A DNA stretch of 64,000 nucleotides from Octopus sinensis (taxonomy: Eukaryota), in assembly GCF_006345805.1 (NCBI RefSeq), contig NC_043020.1, positions 4,402,001-4,466,000 on the forward strand. Direction: 5' to 3'. Below the pieces are notes generated by a model that saw nothing but the letters and a program-made list of their open reading frames with translations, was not told the origin of the DNA and did not search any database. This document shows, piece by piece, positions 49,979-63,130 of this stretch (positions are counted from its first letter, which is position 1; each line of letters starts with the position of its first letter). The translations under genes and the position numbers were made by a program.

Positions 49979-50323
49979 CAGTGGTTCTCAACTAGAGACT
50001 CCTGAGGGTACATATAAGATTTTTGGGGGTCCTGACAACAAAATAGTAAATTGGGGATCCACAAAAGTATTTTAAGGGTCCTTGAAAAAGTTTTGCTTTA
50101 GAAATATGTATCGGTTGATGTATTGCAAGAAACAGCTAGGTTTCTTTCTCTAACATTTTATATTGGTCAACCTACGACAAGTTAATATGTAAAAAACAAA
50201 ATAGGAATTTTGAAAGAAGTTTCTATAAAACTAGTTTTTACACATTGAATAGCTATGGGGGTCCACCCGAATGAAATAGTAGTCAAAAGGGGTCTGTAGA
50301 TGGAAAATGGCTGAGAATCTTTG
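49979..50323. mobile_element. Non-autonomous hAT (Charlie-type) element
   Basis: Left TIR CAGTGGTTCTCAA and degenerate right TIR CTGAGAATCTTTG (9/13 match). 8-bp TSD ATCTAGAT (49971-49978) and ATCCAGAT (50324-50331), matching the NTCTAGAN target of Charlie elements. Confidence 0.8.
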
Positions 50324-50681
50324 ATCCAGATGGTCCCTTGCAGCTGAATTGGTTGCTGCAAAGGAGATGTTTTCAAGAGCTATGGACAACTATTCAGTCA
50401 TTATCATCATCCTCATCATTACCATTTAACATCTGTTGTCCATGCTGGCATGGGTTGGACTGCTTGACCAGGGCTGGCAAACTGGAAGAAGGCTGTTTAG
50501 GAAGAAATGTCATCATTGAAAAAGAGTTCCATGTTATTGTGAATGCCACTAGCAGCTAGGGCTGTATACTTCACCAGTTTTTCAAATTGGTTATAAGAAA
50601 ACTGGAATAACATTTAAGCAGATATATGGTGAAAGCCGCTAAGGCTGTCTAAAGCACCACTCTCCATGTTGGTGAGAAGTA

Positions 50682-51210
50682 TCAAGAACAAGGTTTAATG
50701 CATTTATGCATAGCTTCAGCAAAATGAAAGTCCAGAATGGCCTGTAAAGTGATAGAATTAGTCTCCAATGAAGTAGTTGCTACTGTAGTAGAAGAAGAAG
50801 AAACAGCAGCAAGTCTGTTACCAGTGTACTTCAATATTTTATCAGCCAAAGAAGCTAACTGATCAAATGTATTGACCTCTATCATAGGAGCAAGAATGGC
50901 TTGCACATTTGAAGGCAAATGGAAGAAGACGAGCTGTTTTCTGAAGAACCCTCGGTGAGTTCTCACATTCTGCGAGAGAGTTGGGTCGGCATCCTGTCGC
51001 CCAAATATTCATAGGCATCTTTAGATCTGTCAGTTACAAGATTCTTTAGAGGAGCTGACAGGGATGAAGGAATGGCACTCAGTAAAATATGTAGTTATTG
51101 CTGCTCTGAGCTAATACCATTCTCAGCAAAGTACGATTCCAACTGCACAAACCAAATTCTTACATTAAATGCTGGTAATGAAGAGTGATTCATAATTGCA
51201 AAAAATCAGT
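50682..51210 (-). mobile_element. Ty3/Gypsy gag-like remnant
   Basis: Minus-strand SLPAFNVRIWFVQLESYFAENGISSEQQ* and RKQLVFFHLPSNVQAILAP...DQLASLADKIL resemble invertebrate Gypsy gag N-terminal and major-homology motifs. Stops are present. Confidence 0.6.
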
Positions 51211-53497
51211 CTGTTATGAAAGAATAAAAACAAGTGAGCACAATCTTCAAGGAAGGGAATTCACCAGTATGGCAATAAAAAGAATATTAATCCCTAGTGG
51301 TTTGTTTTATTTTCCTTTAAAATTTTTCTAAAACAAATCTAAAATGAAGCAGGATCAAAAATATTTTACCAATGGTGGCGAGTGGGAAAAAAATTAAGCA
51401 TCAGTAAGACGAAGTATGAGTATTTGGTTCTGGTGTGCATGTGCAAAGTACCACAATGTTTCATGGCAGAAAGAAAAGTGAACAAGTCAGGTGGCCATCT
51501 ATAAACTGCCTTCTGGAAATATTTTCTACACACATCTTGTTACACAACGAGTACATTACATATAGACTTTCTTCACTATTGTCATTAGCAACTCCCTCCT
51601 CTATTGGAGTGAATTTTAGCTCAAGTAAAAGAAATCAAATTGAAATGCAGCAAGGTATGAGCGTCTGGCTCTAGCATGAGGCTACACATGAAGACATATC
51701 CTGCCAGGAAATTGGGAATGTTGAAAACACAAAGTTCTGATGAAATAAAATGTGGTCAGTGAAATTTCAGATCTTCCTTTCTGGAGTATACTTATGCTAT
51801 AAAATTTTTTTTGTAGGAAATATTTCCAAAAGAATATTCCAACATCAGAAAGTCACCAGTTTTTTAGGAAGAGTTCTGTGTTTCAAGAAATTCAGAAGGC
51901 ATAATTCGTTTTTCGCACTTAATAATTTATTTTACTTCTTTAATGAATGCTAAACAAAGTGTGTATAAAGAAAAATTCTCCTGCTGTAAAAATGTTAATA
52001 AGCATAAAACATTTGTTGAAGGATATGTGTGTAGTGTGACATGATTTAATTTTTCACAACTTACTATGTATTTTAATTTTGGGGGTTTAGATACTGCAGA
52101 ACAAAATACAAACAAATGCCAGAAAAGGTTGTGCAGTGTTAAAAGAAACTGGGACTGTCAGATTTGGCAAAACCTTCAAGTTGTTTATTAAAACTGGAAT
52201 AACATTTTAGCTGGTATGTTGTGAATGCCACTAGCAGCTAGGGTTGTCTACTTCACCAGCACGACTAAATTACGACACAGCAATAAAATAGTTCTGTCAT
52301 GCCTCACTACAGCTGCATCAGACTCCAGTCTGATTTGGCATGGTTTTCTACAGCTGGATGCCCTTCCTAATGCCAACCACTCTGATAGTGTAATGAGTGC
52401 TTTTACATGCCATTTGCGTGATACCAATATCTGCCACAACTGCGATTTTACGTGGTTTGATGAGGCTTCTTCTCAAAGCACAACAAACTGCCAAAGGTCT
52501 CAGTCATTTGCCATTGCTTCTATAAGGCCCAACACTCAAAAGGTGCTTTTTGCGTGCCAGTTACATGACACCAGCATCAGCCACGACTACGATTTCATAA
52601 ATATCAATGGGTGGGCGAAGTGGGTGGGGTGGCAGAAACAGTAATAAATGCTGGACAAAATGACTTAAAGTATTTAGTTACATCCTTTTATTCAAATCTC
52701 ACCCTGGTTAGACTTACTTTTCATCCTGCTAAAATTGATAAAGTACCAGAGAAGTACTAGGGTATTGCACAACTGACTGTATCCTTTCCTTCAGAATATG
52801 TGTCTGTTAGAAATCACTAATAATAAAGGGACGATTAGCAGATACTCCTTTTTGTTAATGAGTGAAATGTTATCTATATTTACTGTATATAATCACTACT
52901 GTCTGCCTGTGTTGTCAGTATAAATATTTTGGTAAAAATATTGTCAACCTGTGTTCACAGGTGCTTATTTACTGTAAATGTTTCCTTGATTACATTTAAC
53001 AGGTAGAAATATTACTATCTCTGTGTTATCAACATTCAATGTAAATGTCTCATCATTGTCTGTCTCTTGCCTTCAGCATGGTTCTTCATAATTTAGCAGA
53101 TTCAACAACAGAGAAAAACTGGTGGACTCTGATGTTGTGCATATAATTATTTTGGCATTGTCTACATGATTGAATGTCCCTCTGATCAACCGTTGTTGAT
53201 TGTATACATTTTGTCCTGTTAGAGAGGTTGTGGTTGACAAGACTTGCGAATGCAGTCTGTCTGTCTCCTTTGTTATCTTATAATAATTCTGCTTGTCATT
53301 GCATTACTTAGCCTGTCAGTAACGCTTTCACGTGATTAGAGAAAAAGAGGATAAGGTGAAGAAGAAAAGAGAAGCGTCCATGACATGTAGTAGGGGGAAC
53401 ATAATATTTATTATATAGTTAAAAAAAAGTTAGTTGAAGGTAGTAATATAGAGGAGATTTAGGAATATAATTTTAGCAGAGTGGTGATGATCTGATG

Positions 53498-53881
53498 ACG
53501 TGGAGGCGCAATGGCCCAGTGGTAAGGGCAGCGGACTCACGGTCGTAGGATCGCGGTTTCGATTCCCAGACCGGGCGTTGTGAGTGTTTATTGAGCGAAA
53601 ACACCTAAAAGCTCCACGAGGCTCCGGCAGGGGATGGTGGTGATCCCTGCTGTACTCTTTCACCACAACTTTCTCTCACTCTTCCTGTTTCTGTTGTACC
53701 TGTATTTCAAGGGGCCGGCCTTGTCACTCTCTGTGTCACGCTGAATATCCCCGAGAACTACGTTAAGGGTACACGTGTCTGTTGAGTGCTCAGCCACTTA
53801 CACGTTAATTTCACGAGCAGGCTGTTCCGTTGATTTGGATCAACCAGAACCCTCATCGTCATAACCGACGGAGTGCTTCCA
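53498..53881 (+). mobile_element. tRNA-derived SINE (third family) with a 13-bp TSD
   Basis: Box A tggcccagtggt and box B ggtttcgattccc. TSD tgatgatctgatg at 53485-53497 and 53882-53894. Confidence 0.88.
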
Positions 53882-54937
53882 TGATGATCTGATGGTGAGA
53901 TTAAAGAAAAGCAGAGAGGTGGTGGTGGTGATAGTGAGTGCATAGTGAAAAGTAATTTTCTTAATTGAACTTAGTTTTTTTTATGTCACCTACAAGTTGA
54001 AATGTGTATTGGCTCTGACCCATTGCCTTGGGTCAGAGTATACCACGTAGCATTAACTGTTTATGCCTGTGAAATTGTGACCCCAATATTTTACACATAA
54101 AATAATTTTTTTAATATTAAATTTTTATTTTTTAGATGCGAAATTGTGACTATGTAATTTTTTCTGTTTGTGGGGAAAATGGAAAAATATGAGTGAATAT
54201 TTATTTTATGAGTGCTGTGTATTAAGTTTATAAAATTGTGCATAAAGTATATAAAGTGCATTAAGTAATCATTATATTCCAATTTCCTTCACTTTTCAAT
54301 GAATAGCTGATGAGTGACTATCTTTTGATACAGACACAAGACAGGTTACGCTTTCAGGATTTTTGGATAAAGTTTTCAGGAATAACCCAATAAGTTTACC
54401 ATTAATTCCGAGAAATATTCGCAGGTTCCACTAGTCTATAATAATTGGTAGAAAGATTACTGTCTCTGTTTACTGTTTATAATATGGTTTTCATTTACTA
54501 TAAATGTCTCATTGTCTATAATAATACATAGAACTGTTACTGTTTCTGCATGTTTGCTATTTACCATGTTGCTTGTGTTTACCACAAATATTTTCTTCAC
54601 TGTTTATGTGTTTAATAATAGATTAGAAATATTGCTGGCTGTTCACTGTTGTGTTCATGACTAAATCGGATTTCGTTGTTCACTGTTATCTGTTAAAAAT
54701 GCTCATGTTCAGTATGTTCCCATTTACTTTTGTTTATACTTACTATGTTATATATTTTTCATTCTGTTATTGGATTTCTGTCATTGGGCTGTAGCCTTGC
54801 TGGGGAACCACCTTGAAGGGTTTTAGTTAATTATAACCATTCTAGCATTTTTTCTTGTATTTTATTGACCTTGAAAAGAAGAGAATATATTTTGGATTAA
54901 TGCAGAGATTTTCTATCCCTTACCAACACACAATCAT

Positions 54938-57900
54938 CAACATCATTTAGTGTTCATTGTTCATGCTGGCACAGGTTGGATGGTTTGACCAGGGCTGGCA
55001 AGCTGGAAGGCTACACCAGAGTCCAGTCTGATTTGGTGTGGTTCCTACAGCTGGATGCTTTTCCTAACACCAACCACTTTAAGAGTGTAATGGGTACTTT
55101 TATATGCCACTGGCATGGGTGCCATTTGTGTGACACCAGTATCTGCCATGACTGGCTTTACTTGGCTTGATGGGTCTTCTTCTCCAGTATGACATAATAC
55201 CAAAGGTCTTGGTCATTGCCTCTGTGAAGCTCAACACTCAAAGGGAGCTCAACCACTTTGCCTCCTTGAGGCCTAATGCTTGAAAGGTGCTTTTTCGTGT
55301 CACTGGCACAGGTGCCAGTTACATGACACCAGCATCAGCCACGACTATGATTTCACTTGGCAGGTCTTTTCAAGCACAGCATATCACCAAAAATCTTGGT
55401 CACAAGTCATTGCTGCCATCAAGCCCAAAGTTCAAAGATCATGCTTCACACCTCGTCCTATATCTTCCTGGATCTACTTCTTCCACAGATTCCTTCCACA
55501 GTTAGAGATTGATATTTCTTTACCCAGTTGTCCTCATACATCTGCATCACATGACTATACCAGTGCAGTTGTCTCTCTTGCACACCACATCTGATGTCTC
55601 TTATGCCCAACTTTTCTCTTAAGATGCTTACACACTGTTGAACATGCACATTGATGTACATCCAGTGAAGCATACTGGCTTCATTTCTTTCAAGCCTACG
55701 CATCTCCTCAGCTGTCACAGCCCATGTTTCACTGACATGTAGCATAGATGTTCGCACACATGCACCATGAAATCTGCCTTTCACACAGAGAGAGGCCCTT
55801 TGTTGCTAGCAGAGGTAGGAACTCTCTGAACTCTGCTCGGCCTAATCTTATTCTCACTGCTACACTCTCAGAGCATCCACCTCTGATACTAACTTGATCA
55901 CCTAGATAACAAAAGCTATCTACTACCTCTAGCTTAGCCCACTGGTAGTTAATAGAGTCTATTTTCTGAACATTTATGTTTTATTGTACCTGTGCATCTT
56001 CCACACACAAAAGCTTTTTTCCGTTAACTTCCCTCTGATGTTGCTGCACCTCTATGTGTCCAAAGCTTACACTGGGTGTAATTTATGGAGTTTCTACTTA
56101 CACCTTTTTTACAGATTGAGCAGGGCCTTCTACCCAAAGGGATTTGTGATATAAAGACTTTGGTTTTTGCTAGGTTAACTCTAAGGCCCTTCGATTCTAG
56201 ACCTTCCATATCTGGAACTTCTAGTTCTGGTAGTGATTCAGCTATAAGAACAAGGTCATCAGCATAGAGGTACATGGTTTGTATTTGACAGCTCTCACCA
56301 ACCACTCGTCTATCCTTAGTTTTTGCATTGACCTCTTGATAAAGGCTCAAGGAATCCTGTGAAAGGCTTTCTCCAAGTCAACAAAGGCCAAGTACAGAAG
56401 TTTGTCTTTGGCTAGGTATTTCTTCTGCGGCTGCCTTATCAGAAATATAGCATCTGTGGTGCTTCTCCCTGGCACAAAACCAAACTGCATCTCACCTAGA
56501 CTAACTCTCTCCCTAAATAGTTAGGCTATGACCCTCTCCATAAATTTCACCACCTGATCCAACAATTTGATACCTCTGTAATTATTTCTAAGGCATCACC
56601 TTTACCTTTGTAGTAGTTAACTATGGTGCTACTACACTAGTCATTGGGTAAGACTCCTTCATAAACCACCTGATTTACAATACTGGTGAGTAGACCATAA
56701 CCCATACTGCCAGATATTTTAAGTATCTCAGTGGTGATTCCTGATGAGCTGGGAACTTTCTTCATGTCCTTAATTGCTTTATTTACCAAGGCACTGTCGA
56801 TTTGGATAGCTGGTCCCTCAGTTGAGTCAGCATTTGGCAGACTCTCCTCCTCCCATCCGTTATCCACATTCAACAGTCTTTCATAATGGCATTTCCAAGC
56901 CTCTTTGCAGAATTTTCAATGCAAGTGCACCATCATCCATGCAGATACATTTCTCTCCTATCATACCACAATTTTCTCTCACACACTGTCTTGCAATCTA
57001 CAACACTTCAAGCCTTTGGTCTTCATGTCGCTGAACATAGACAAACTTCTTCTTTTCTGCTTCTCCCTTGGCTAGATACACCTGTCTTCTAGCTTCCCTT
57101 CTGGCTATTTGATACAGTTCCCTGCTGCCCCAACTCTTCCAGACCTGTGTCTTTGCTCTAAAGGCCCTGTCTACAGGATCGTTCCACTACCATGTCAACT
57201 TAGATCTGGATGGGACTTAGCACCAGTCACAGATTTGGTCTGTGACACTCAACAAGGTGACCCGCAGGAATTCCCAGTTGCCCTCTATGTTACATGTCTG
57301 TAGCTGCTCCTCCTTCATCAAATTTCTCAGTTAGGATGTCCCTAAATCTCTGACCATATGAAGAGTCCTTGAACTTCCAAATCCTTCTTTTCAAAGGTTG
57401 GTCTGCTTCTTGGCATCCTTCTGGTCTGGAGTCTAAAGTCACTAATGACTAGTCTATGCTGGGGTGTACATTCTTCACCACAGAGGATCTTTGTATTTAA
57501 GTGCAACCATGCGTCCTGCTGTCTGGTGAGAATGTAATCAATCTGGCTAGCAGAGTCACCTGATTGGTAGGTTATCAGGTGGCTGGTTGGCTTCCTGAAG
57601 TTGGTGTTGCAGATCAATAGGTTATTTGCGTCACAGAGCTCCAGTAGCCTTGTACCCTCTTAATTTTGTGAACCAATTCCATGGTCCCCTTGTACACCAT
57701 GGAAGATACCGGACTGCTGACTGACTTACTCTTTGAAATCCCCAGCCACAAAGATGAGATCATTGTCATTTGTCTTTGAGGTAGCCTACAGAAGAATATC
57801 GTCCTGTTCATTTGGTAGGCCCGCTTGTGGGGCATAGGTAGAAATAGTTGTTGCTATACTATTCTGCAAGTCCAGCCAGAGCTTAAGTACTCTATCGTAC

Positions 57901-58870
57901 ACTCTGACTATCTCTATGGCCTTATCCACCCATTTCTCTGCAAGAAGTATGCCTACACCACCTACCCCATTGGTGTTACCTTCCCAGGAGACTTTATACC
58001 TATGTGTCTTGTCTGTGAGGAACCTGGCTAAAGCTCTCACCATGTCTTTGTTCAGGCATCTCAACAATGACCTACCTTTCAATGTGCCTGCATTGAGAGT
58101 ACCAACTCCGAAAACTGATGTGGGGGAACATGGGTAGAAGAGATGGTATTCAGCACTTGAAAAGAAGGTTCCAATGATTGTTTGAGAATAGACATGTCAT
58201 ATCAGTTGTTTTCGTTTTAACCTACCAACATTCAAATATGTTAAAATTGTTGCCCCTATTGGGGGTGAGTGAAATATAAGTTTTATGAGTGCTGCAAACA
58301 GAAATAGGTCAATTTTTAAATTAAATGAATGAAATGCTATTGTGTAGTCCATTATATATATGTAGAAAGAGGTGGTTGGTTTGTTAATTTACTAAGTAAT
58401 ATATCTCCTTTGGGCACATATAGTAGTGTTGATGATGGGTGGTGGGGAGGGAGGGATGGTTGGAGGTATTCAAGTCATCTAGTACAGAAACAAGGCAGAT
58501 CTCTGTAGGGGTTTCCGATATAAGAGAAGAGATTTCCAGTGGAAATAGGTGGGCACATCGTAGACAAACAATGGCAGTGAGAAGACATTAGTGAGGTAGA
58601 GAGAGAGAGAGACTTGAAAGACTTTATCACTAGAGGAAATCATGACAAGAATAAGAAAGACACAAGTTGTAGAACAAGGTAAGAATGTTTGTGAATTTTA
58701 GAGAGAGAGGGAGAGATTGCTGAGGAAATCAGAGTGAAGTATGGGAACACATGGGTTATGAAACAGGGTTAGAATACTGCAAGGATTTAAAGGATTACCA
58801 CTTTTGAAAGTTATTTTAAATCAAAGTATAGCATGTTAGTATAACGAGTTAGATAAATGAGTGATTAAAA
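54938..58870 (-). mobile_element. Near full-length degenerate RTE LINE (PHD family), antisense in a CSE1L intron
   Basis: 3' end at 54938 (catcatttag...catgctggcacagg). Continuous RT, PHD (RRPCSICKKGVSRNSINYTQCKLWTH) and endonuclease (GNTNGVGGVGILLAEKW; VGTLNAGTLKGRS) remnants, with multiple stops and frameshifts. Confidence 0.88.
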
Positions 58871-59286
58871 ATTAGAGAAATTTTCTTAGCTGGTCATTTT
58901 GCATGGTATAATAGTGTCCAGAACAGAGGAGATGACAGGTTTCTGCACAGTTTCTAATAAATTTCACTTGTGTGGCGGTTAATCCAACTCCATGATAGAA
59001 GATATTTGCTTAGAGTGCTATGGAGTAGATTCAGACTCTGAATTGTGAGGTAGTGAAGTGAACCTCTTAACTACACAGCCATGCTTGTGCTGATATATGT
59101 TTACTGTATTGCTATTGTTCAGTTGTGCACAAAATGCTGTCTGTGTTCACAGTTTTGTTTACATCCACTCTGAATGGATGTAAACAATGTCCACACCACA
59201 GTGAAATAATATTACTTGTTCACTATGTCCTCTAGAAATATATGCATCCACTGTCTACTAGAAAAGCCCTTATTCATTGTCTACAG

Positions 59287-59388
59287 GTTGATGACAGCCC
59301 TGACAAAATCCATGCTTCAGACAGGACAGCCATTAAACAGGTTATTGTTGATTTGATGCTGAAAACACCAGAACAGATACAGAACCAG
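59287..59388 (+). CDS. CSE1L: CSE1L coding exon 3
   Basis: gtctacag| acceptor and CAG|gtatgt donor, phase 0/0. Encodes VDDSPDKIHASDRTAIKQVIVDLMLKTPEQIQNQ. Confidence 0.96.
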
Positions 59389-59507
59389 GTATGTAGAGTT
59401 TTGTTGTTATTTTTGGCATCATTGTCATATTTATCATCATCATTATACTTTTCATACATATCCTCCTCATCATCATCACACTTAGCATCATCAGTGTAAT
59501 CACCATC

Positions 59508-59545
<38 letters not shown>

Positions 59546-60489
59546 ACAAGGGTTCTAAGATCAGTTACTGTGCAAAGTGTAGACTCCAACATTTTAGGAA
59601 CTTGGTCTTTGCCTGAGAGTGTGGAATTGTCATGATTTGAGCTGTGACAACTAAATGAGGTCTCTGTAGTTTGCTAGCTTCAGACAAATGCACTGTTGTT
59701 AACCTTGTAGATAAAGTGGAGAGGATGAGGACTTATTTGAGGAAGGGTTTTATAGCTGAATGCTCTTCTTGTTGCCAATCGTTATTTTTTTTCAAATAAG
59801 GAATTTTTTTATTTCACAAATCTTTGAAAGTGCAGAGTACCCAGCTATATTATGTCAATAAGCAAGGTAGACACCATAATTATCATTTTAGTTAAGCAAA
59901 GCTGTAGGAAGTCAATATTCCTACACACATACACACTTCCTACAACCTGTGCCTATCAAATTCACTCATTGTAGAAGAAGGCATTTATCTAAGGTATTGT
60001 GCAGTGGGCTGAACCCCAAACCAGTTGGTTGCAAAGTGAAATTCATAAAAAAACCACACAGCCATGCATGTGCTCTGTGTAAATACAAATTCCTTTTATT
60101 CTTTTATTGGTTTTAGTCATTAGATTCTGGTCATGTGAAGACATGACTTGTTTTCTAGGGTTTTTAATCAGTCATTGTCTTGAGTAAGTTTAGCATGTTA
60201 TGTAGTTGTTGAATAAGTCTTGAGTATATATTTTAGCCTGGTACTTATTGTATCAAAGGGCTAACAGCAGGTTTATAACTGGCAGTGTTTCTGTCAAACA
60301 AGATCGAGTGAGTAAAAAGCTCTTCACTTTCAAAGACCCCTGGAATAAAAACTCTTTTACTTGACAAATAGGTAAAGGTGATAACAGAAAATAAGTTGTC
60401 AATAATCTTTTGGCGACAAAATAAAGTGTTTTTTGCACAACTCTTTTTTTACTACAAAAATAACCTCAAAAAGAAGGTCAGATCATACA

Positions 60490-61345
60490 ATTTTGAGGTC
60501 TTTAGGTAAGGGAGGCAACTCATCCCATGTCTTCCTGGGTCTACCTCCACAGTTAGGGATTGGCTGTCCACATCCATACATTTCACATGGCCACAGCAAT
60601 GCAGTTGTCTCTCTTGTCACCACACCTGATGCCTTTTATGCCCAACTTTTATCTCAAGACACACTGTCATACATGCACACTGACATTGCACATGCAGTGA
60701 AGCATACTGGCTTCATTTCTTTCAAGCCTACACAGCCCATGTTTCACTGCTGTGTAGCATAGCTGTTCATACAGTCTGCCTTTCACTCTGAAGGAGAGGC
60801 CCTTTGTTGTTCAGGAGCTCTCTGAACCTTTCCCAGTCTACTCTTATTCTCACAGCTATGCTCTCGGAGAAGCCACTTCTGCTACTAACTTGGTTACCTA
60901 CTCTGGCTTACCCCACTGGCAGTTGATGGAGTCTATTTTCTGTACATTTTCAGTGTTTATTGTACTTATGCACCTTCCATGCACAAAAACTATTTTCCCA
61001 GTTAAACTTCATCTGATATTGCTGTACCTCTTATGTGTCCATAGCTTGCACAAAGGTGACAAAGGACCAAGATATCCAGCACCTTGCTGTACTCAAGAAA
61101 ACTCATCCATCATAGCAGAATTGATACCAGTGCTGCTGCAGCATAAAAAGCACTGGTACTGGTGCCACATAAAAAACACCTAATACACTCTGTGAAGTGG
61201 TTGGTGTTAGGAAGGGCATCCAGCCATAGAAACCATGCCAGAACAGACCCTACTGTCTGGTGTGGCACCCAGGCTTACCAGCCCCTGTCAAACCGTCCAA
61301 ACATGCCAGCATGGAAAACGGACGTCAAATGATGATGATGATATG
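60490..61345. mobile_element. Degenerate RTE fragments (- 60490-61060; + 61090-61345)
   Basis: Similar to the RT C-terminus and PHD segment and to the (GAT)n-tailed 3'UTR of the other copies. Confidence 0.7.
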
Positions 61346-62348
61346 GTATTTTATTAATTACACACTAAAAAAAAAGTCATCAGAAATGATTATGTAAAGA
61401 AAGATTTTGGTTATAAATTAAATCACAAACAAAAAATGCTTTCCCCTAATCTCTTTTGCAGCTTACACCTATCAGAAACAGCACCCAATTATACTTATAA
61501 TTTCAACACAGACGCAAAATTGATTCCTCTCTTTTGCTCCATATACATAATAGTTTGTTAGGTGATCATACTGATCAAAAAAATCAATAGCAAAGTTGAA
61601 AAAAGAATACCCAATAGACTTCATATCAAGTTTTAAAGGTATTTTTTATACCAACTCTTGCAAAATGCCAGTCGTCAGTTATTCTTCAGATATTTCATTC
61701 CAAGTCACTTCTTGAAAATTAGATGGATTGAAGTCAGGTATTGGAGTATGCATAAAGAAATAGGTATATTACTCTGGTTATCATCTCCGTAGTTTTATTT
61801 GTCATTATAATTCAGGGGACTAAAGTTGTCTCCCTTAGATTAGAGACTTCACAATGCCCTTTAAGCCAAAGATAAAGTAACTGGTTCAATTTGTACCCTT
61901 TCATTTAGTACAGGACTGACAGACAGATATGGTACTGTGTAAATCGTATCATACAAGAAGCCAAGAGTTGAAATAAATATTTAATGCTGAAGAAACTAGA
62001 AGAAAATGCCAAAAAGCCTTTTATAGCAGGTACAAAAAGTGGTTGGCAGATTCAAAGCATCTAAAGATCAAATCATAATAGCGTTAGGTTATAATGCATT
62101 AGGTGGCAGTTTATGCGCTGGTTAATTATGGGACAGCATGACATAAACATTAACAGTTCTTGTACTGGTGTAAACGTAAACACACACACACATATGATAT
62201 TCTCATTTCAATGATTATTTAATTTTTTGTTATTTTCATTGATTATCTTGAAAATTGTATCTCCCTTGATTTATGCGATTTTGATTTGCACAGAGACTCA
62301 TAAATTGAGGTAAAGTCGTATGTGTGTGTGTAATCTATAACCTAAAAC

Positions 62349-62385
<37 letters not shown>

Positions 62386-62527
62386 GTGTGTGTGTCTCAT
62401 AACTTGTAGCTATAGGTGTTTTATGCATGTGTATACACTCATGTTTATATGTATGACCTGTAGTGTGTGTTTTGTATACATGTAAGTGTATAGTGTGTAA
62501 CTTACAGCCATATGTGTTCTGTTTCAG

Positions 62528-62673
62528 TTGAGTGATGCCATTAGTATTATTGGTCGAGAAGACTTTCCTGATAAATGGCCAGATCTAATCCGTGAAATGG
62601 TTGAACATTTGGTCAGCCGAGATTTCCATATTGTGAATGGGATTCTGAGGACAGCACATTCGTTATTTAAAAG
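62528..62673 (+). CDS. CSE1L: CSE1L coding exon 4 (gene continues past the window)
   Basis: gtttcag| acceptor and AG|gtaagt donor. Encodes LSDAISIIGREDFPDKWPDLIREMVEHLVSRDFHIVNGILRTAHSLFK(R). Confidence 0.97.
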
Positions 62674-62829
62674 GTAAGTGTCAGGGTAAGGTCGTTTGGG
62701 GTTGTGGGATGTTTGTGCTGAGTTAGATTTTCTGGCAACCTTTACCACACTCCATGCTTCTTTGACGATACTCTCTGTTTCCACTGTTCCCTCTGTTGTT
62801 CTATCCATTACAGTTCTTTCATAGCAATA

Positions 62830-63130
62830 AATCCATTCATCAAGAGATGTTCACCTTGTGACTTCACCAGTGTTGGTGCCATAAAAAGCACCCAGTACAT
62901 TCTATGAACAATTATTAAACTGAAGTGAGCAGCAGCAATCAAGGATAGAGATTCTTTAATTTTGCTAATGCCATGAAAAATGTTCCCAGTATACTCCCTA
63001 AAATGGTTGATGTTAGAAAGGGTATTCAGCCATTGAAATCTTATCAAAGCTTTAGAGCAGGTCATGATCCTTTGACCACTAAATCTTGTCAAACCAGCAT
63101 GGTAAACAGGTGTAAAATGATGATGATGAC
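62830..63130 (+). mobile_element. Degenerate RTE 3'UTR fragment
   Basis: gtgccataaaaagcaccc...gttagaaagggtattcagc...ccagcatgg...taaaatgatgatgatgac. Confidence 0.6.
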
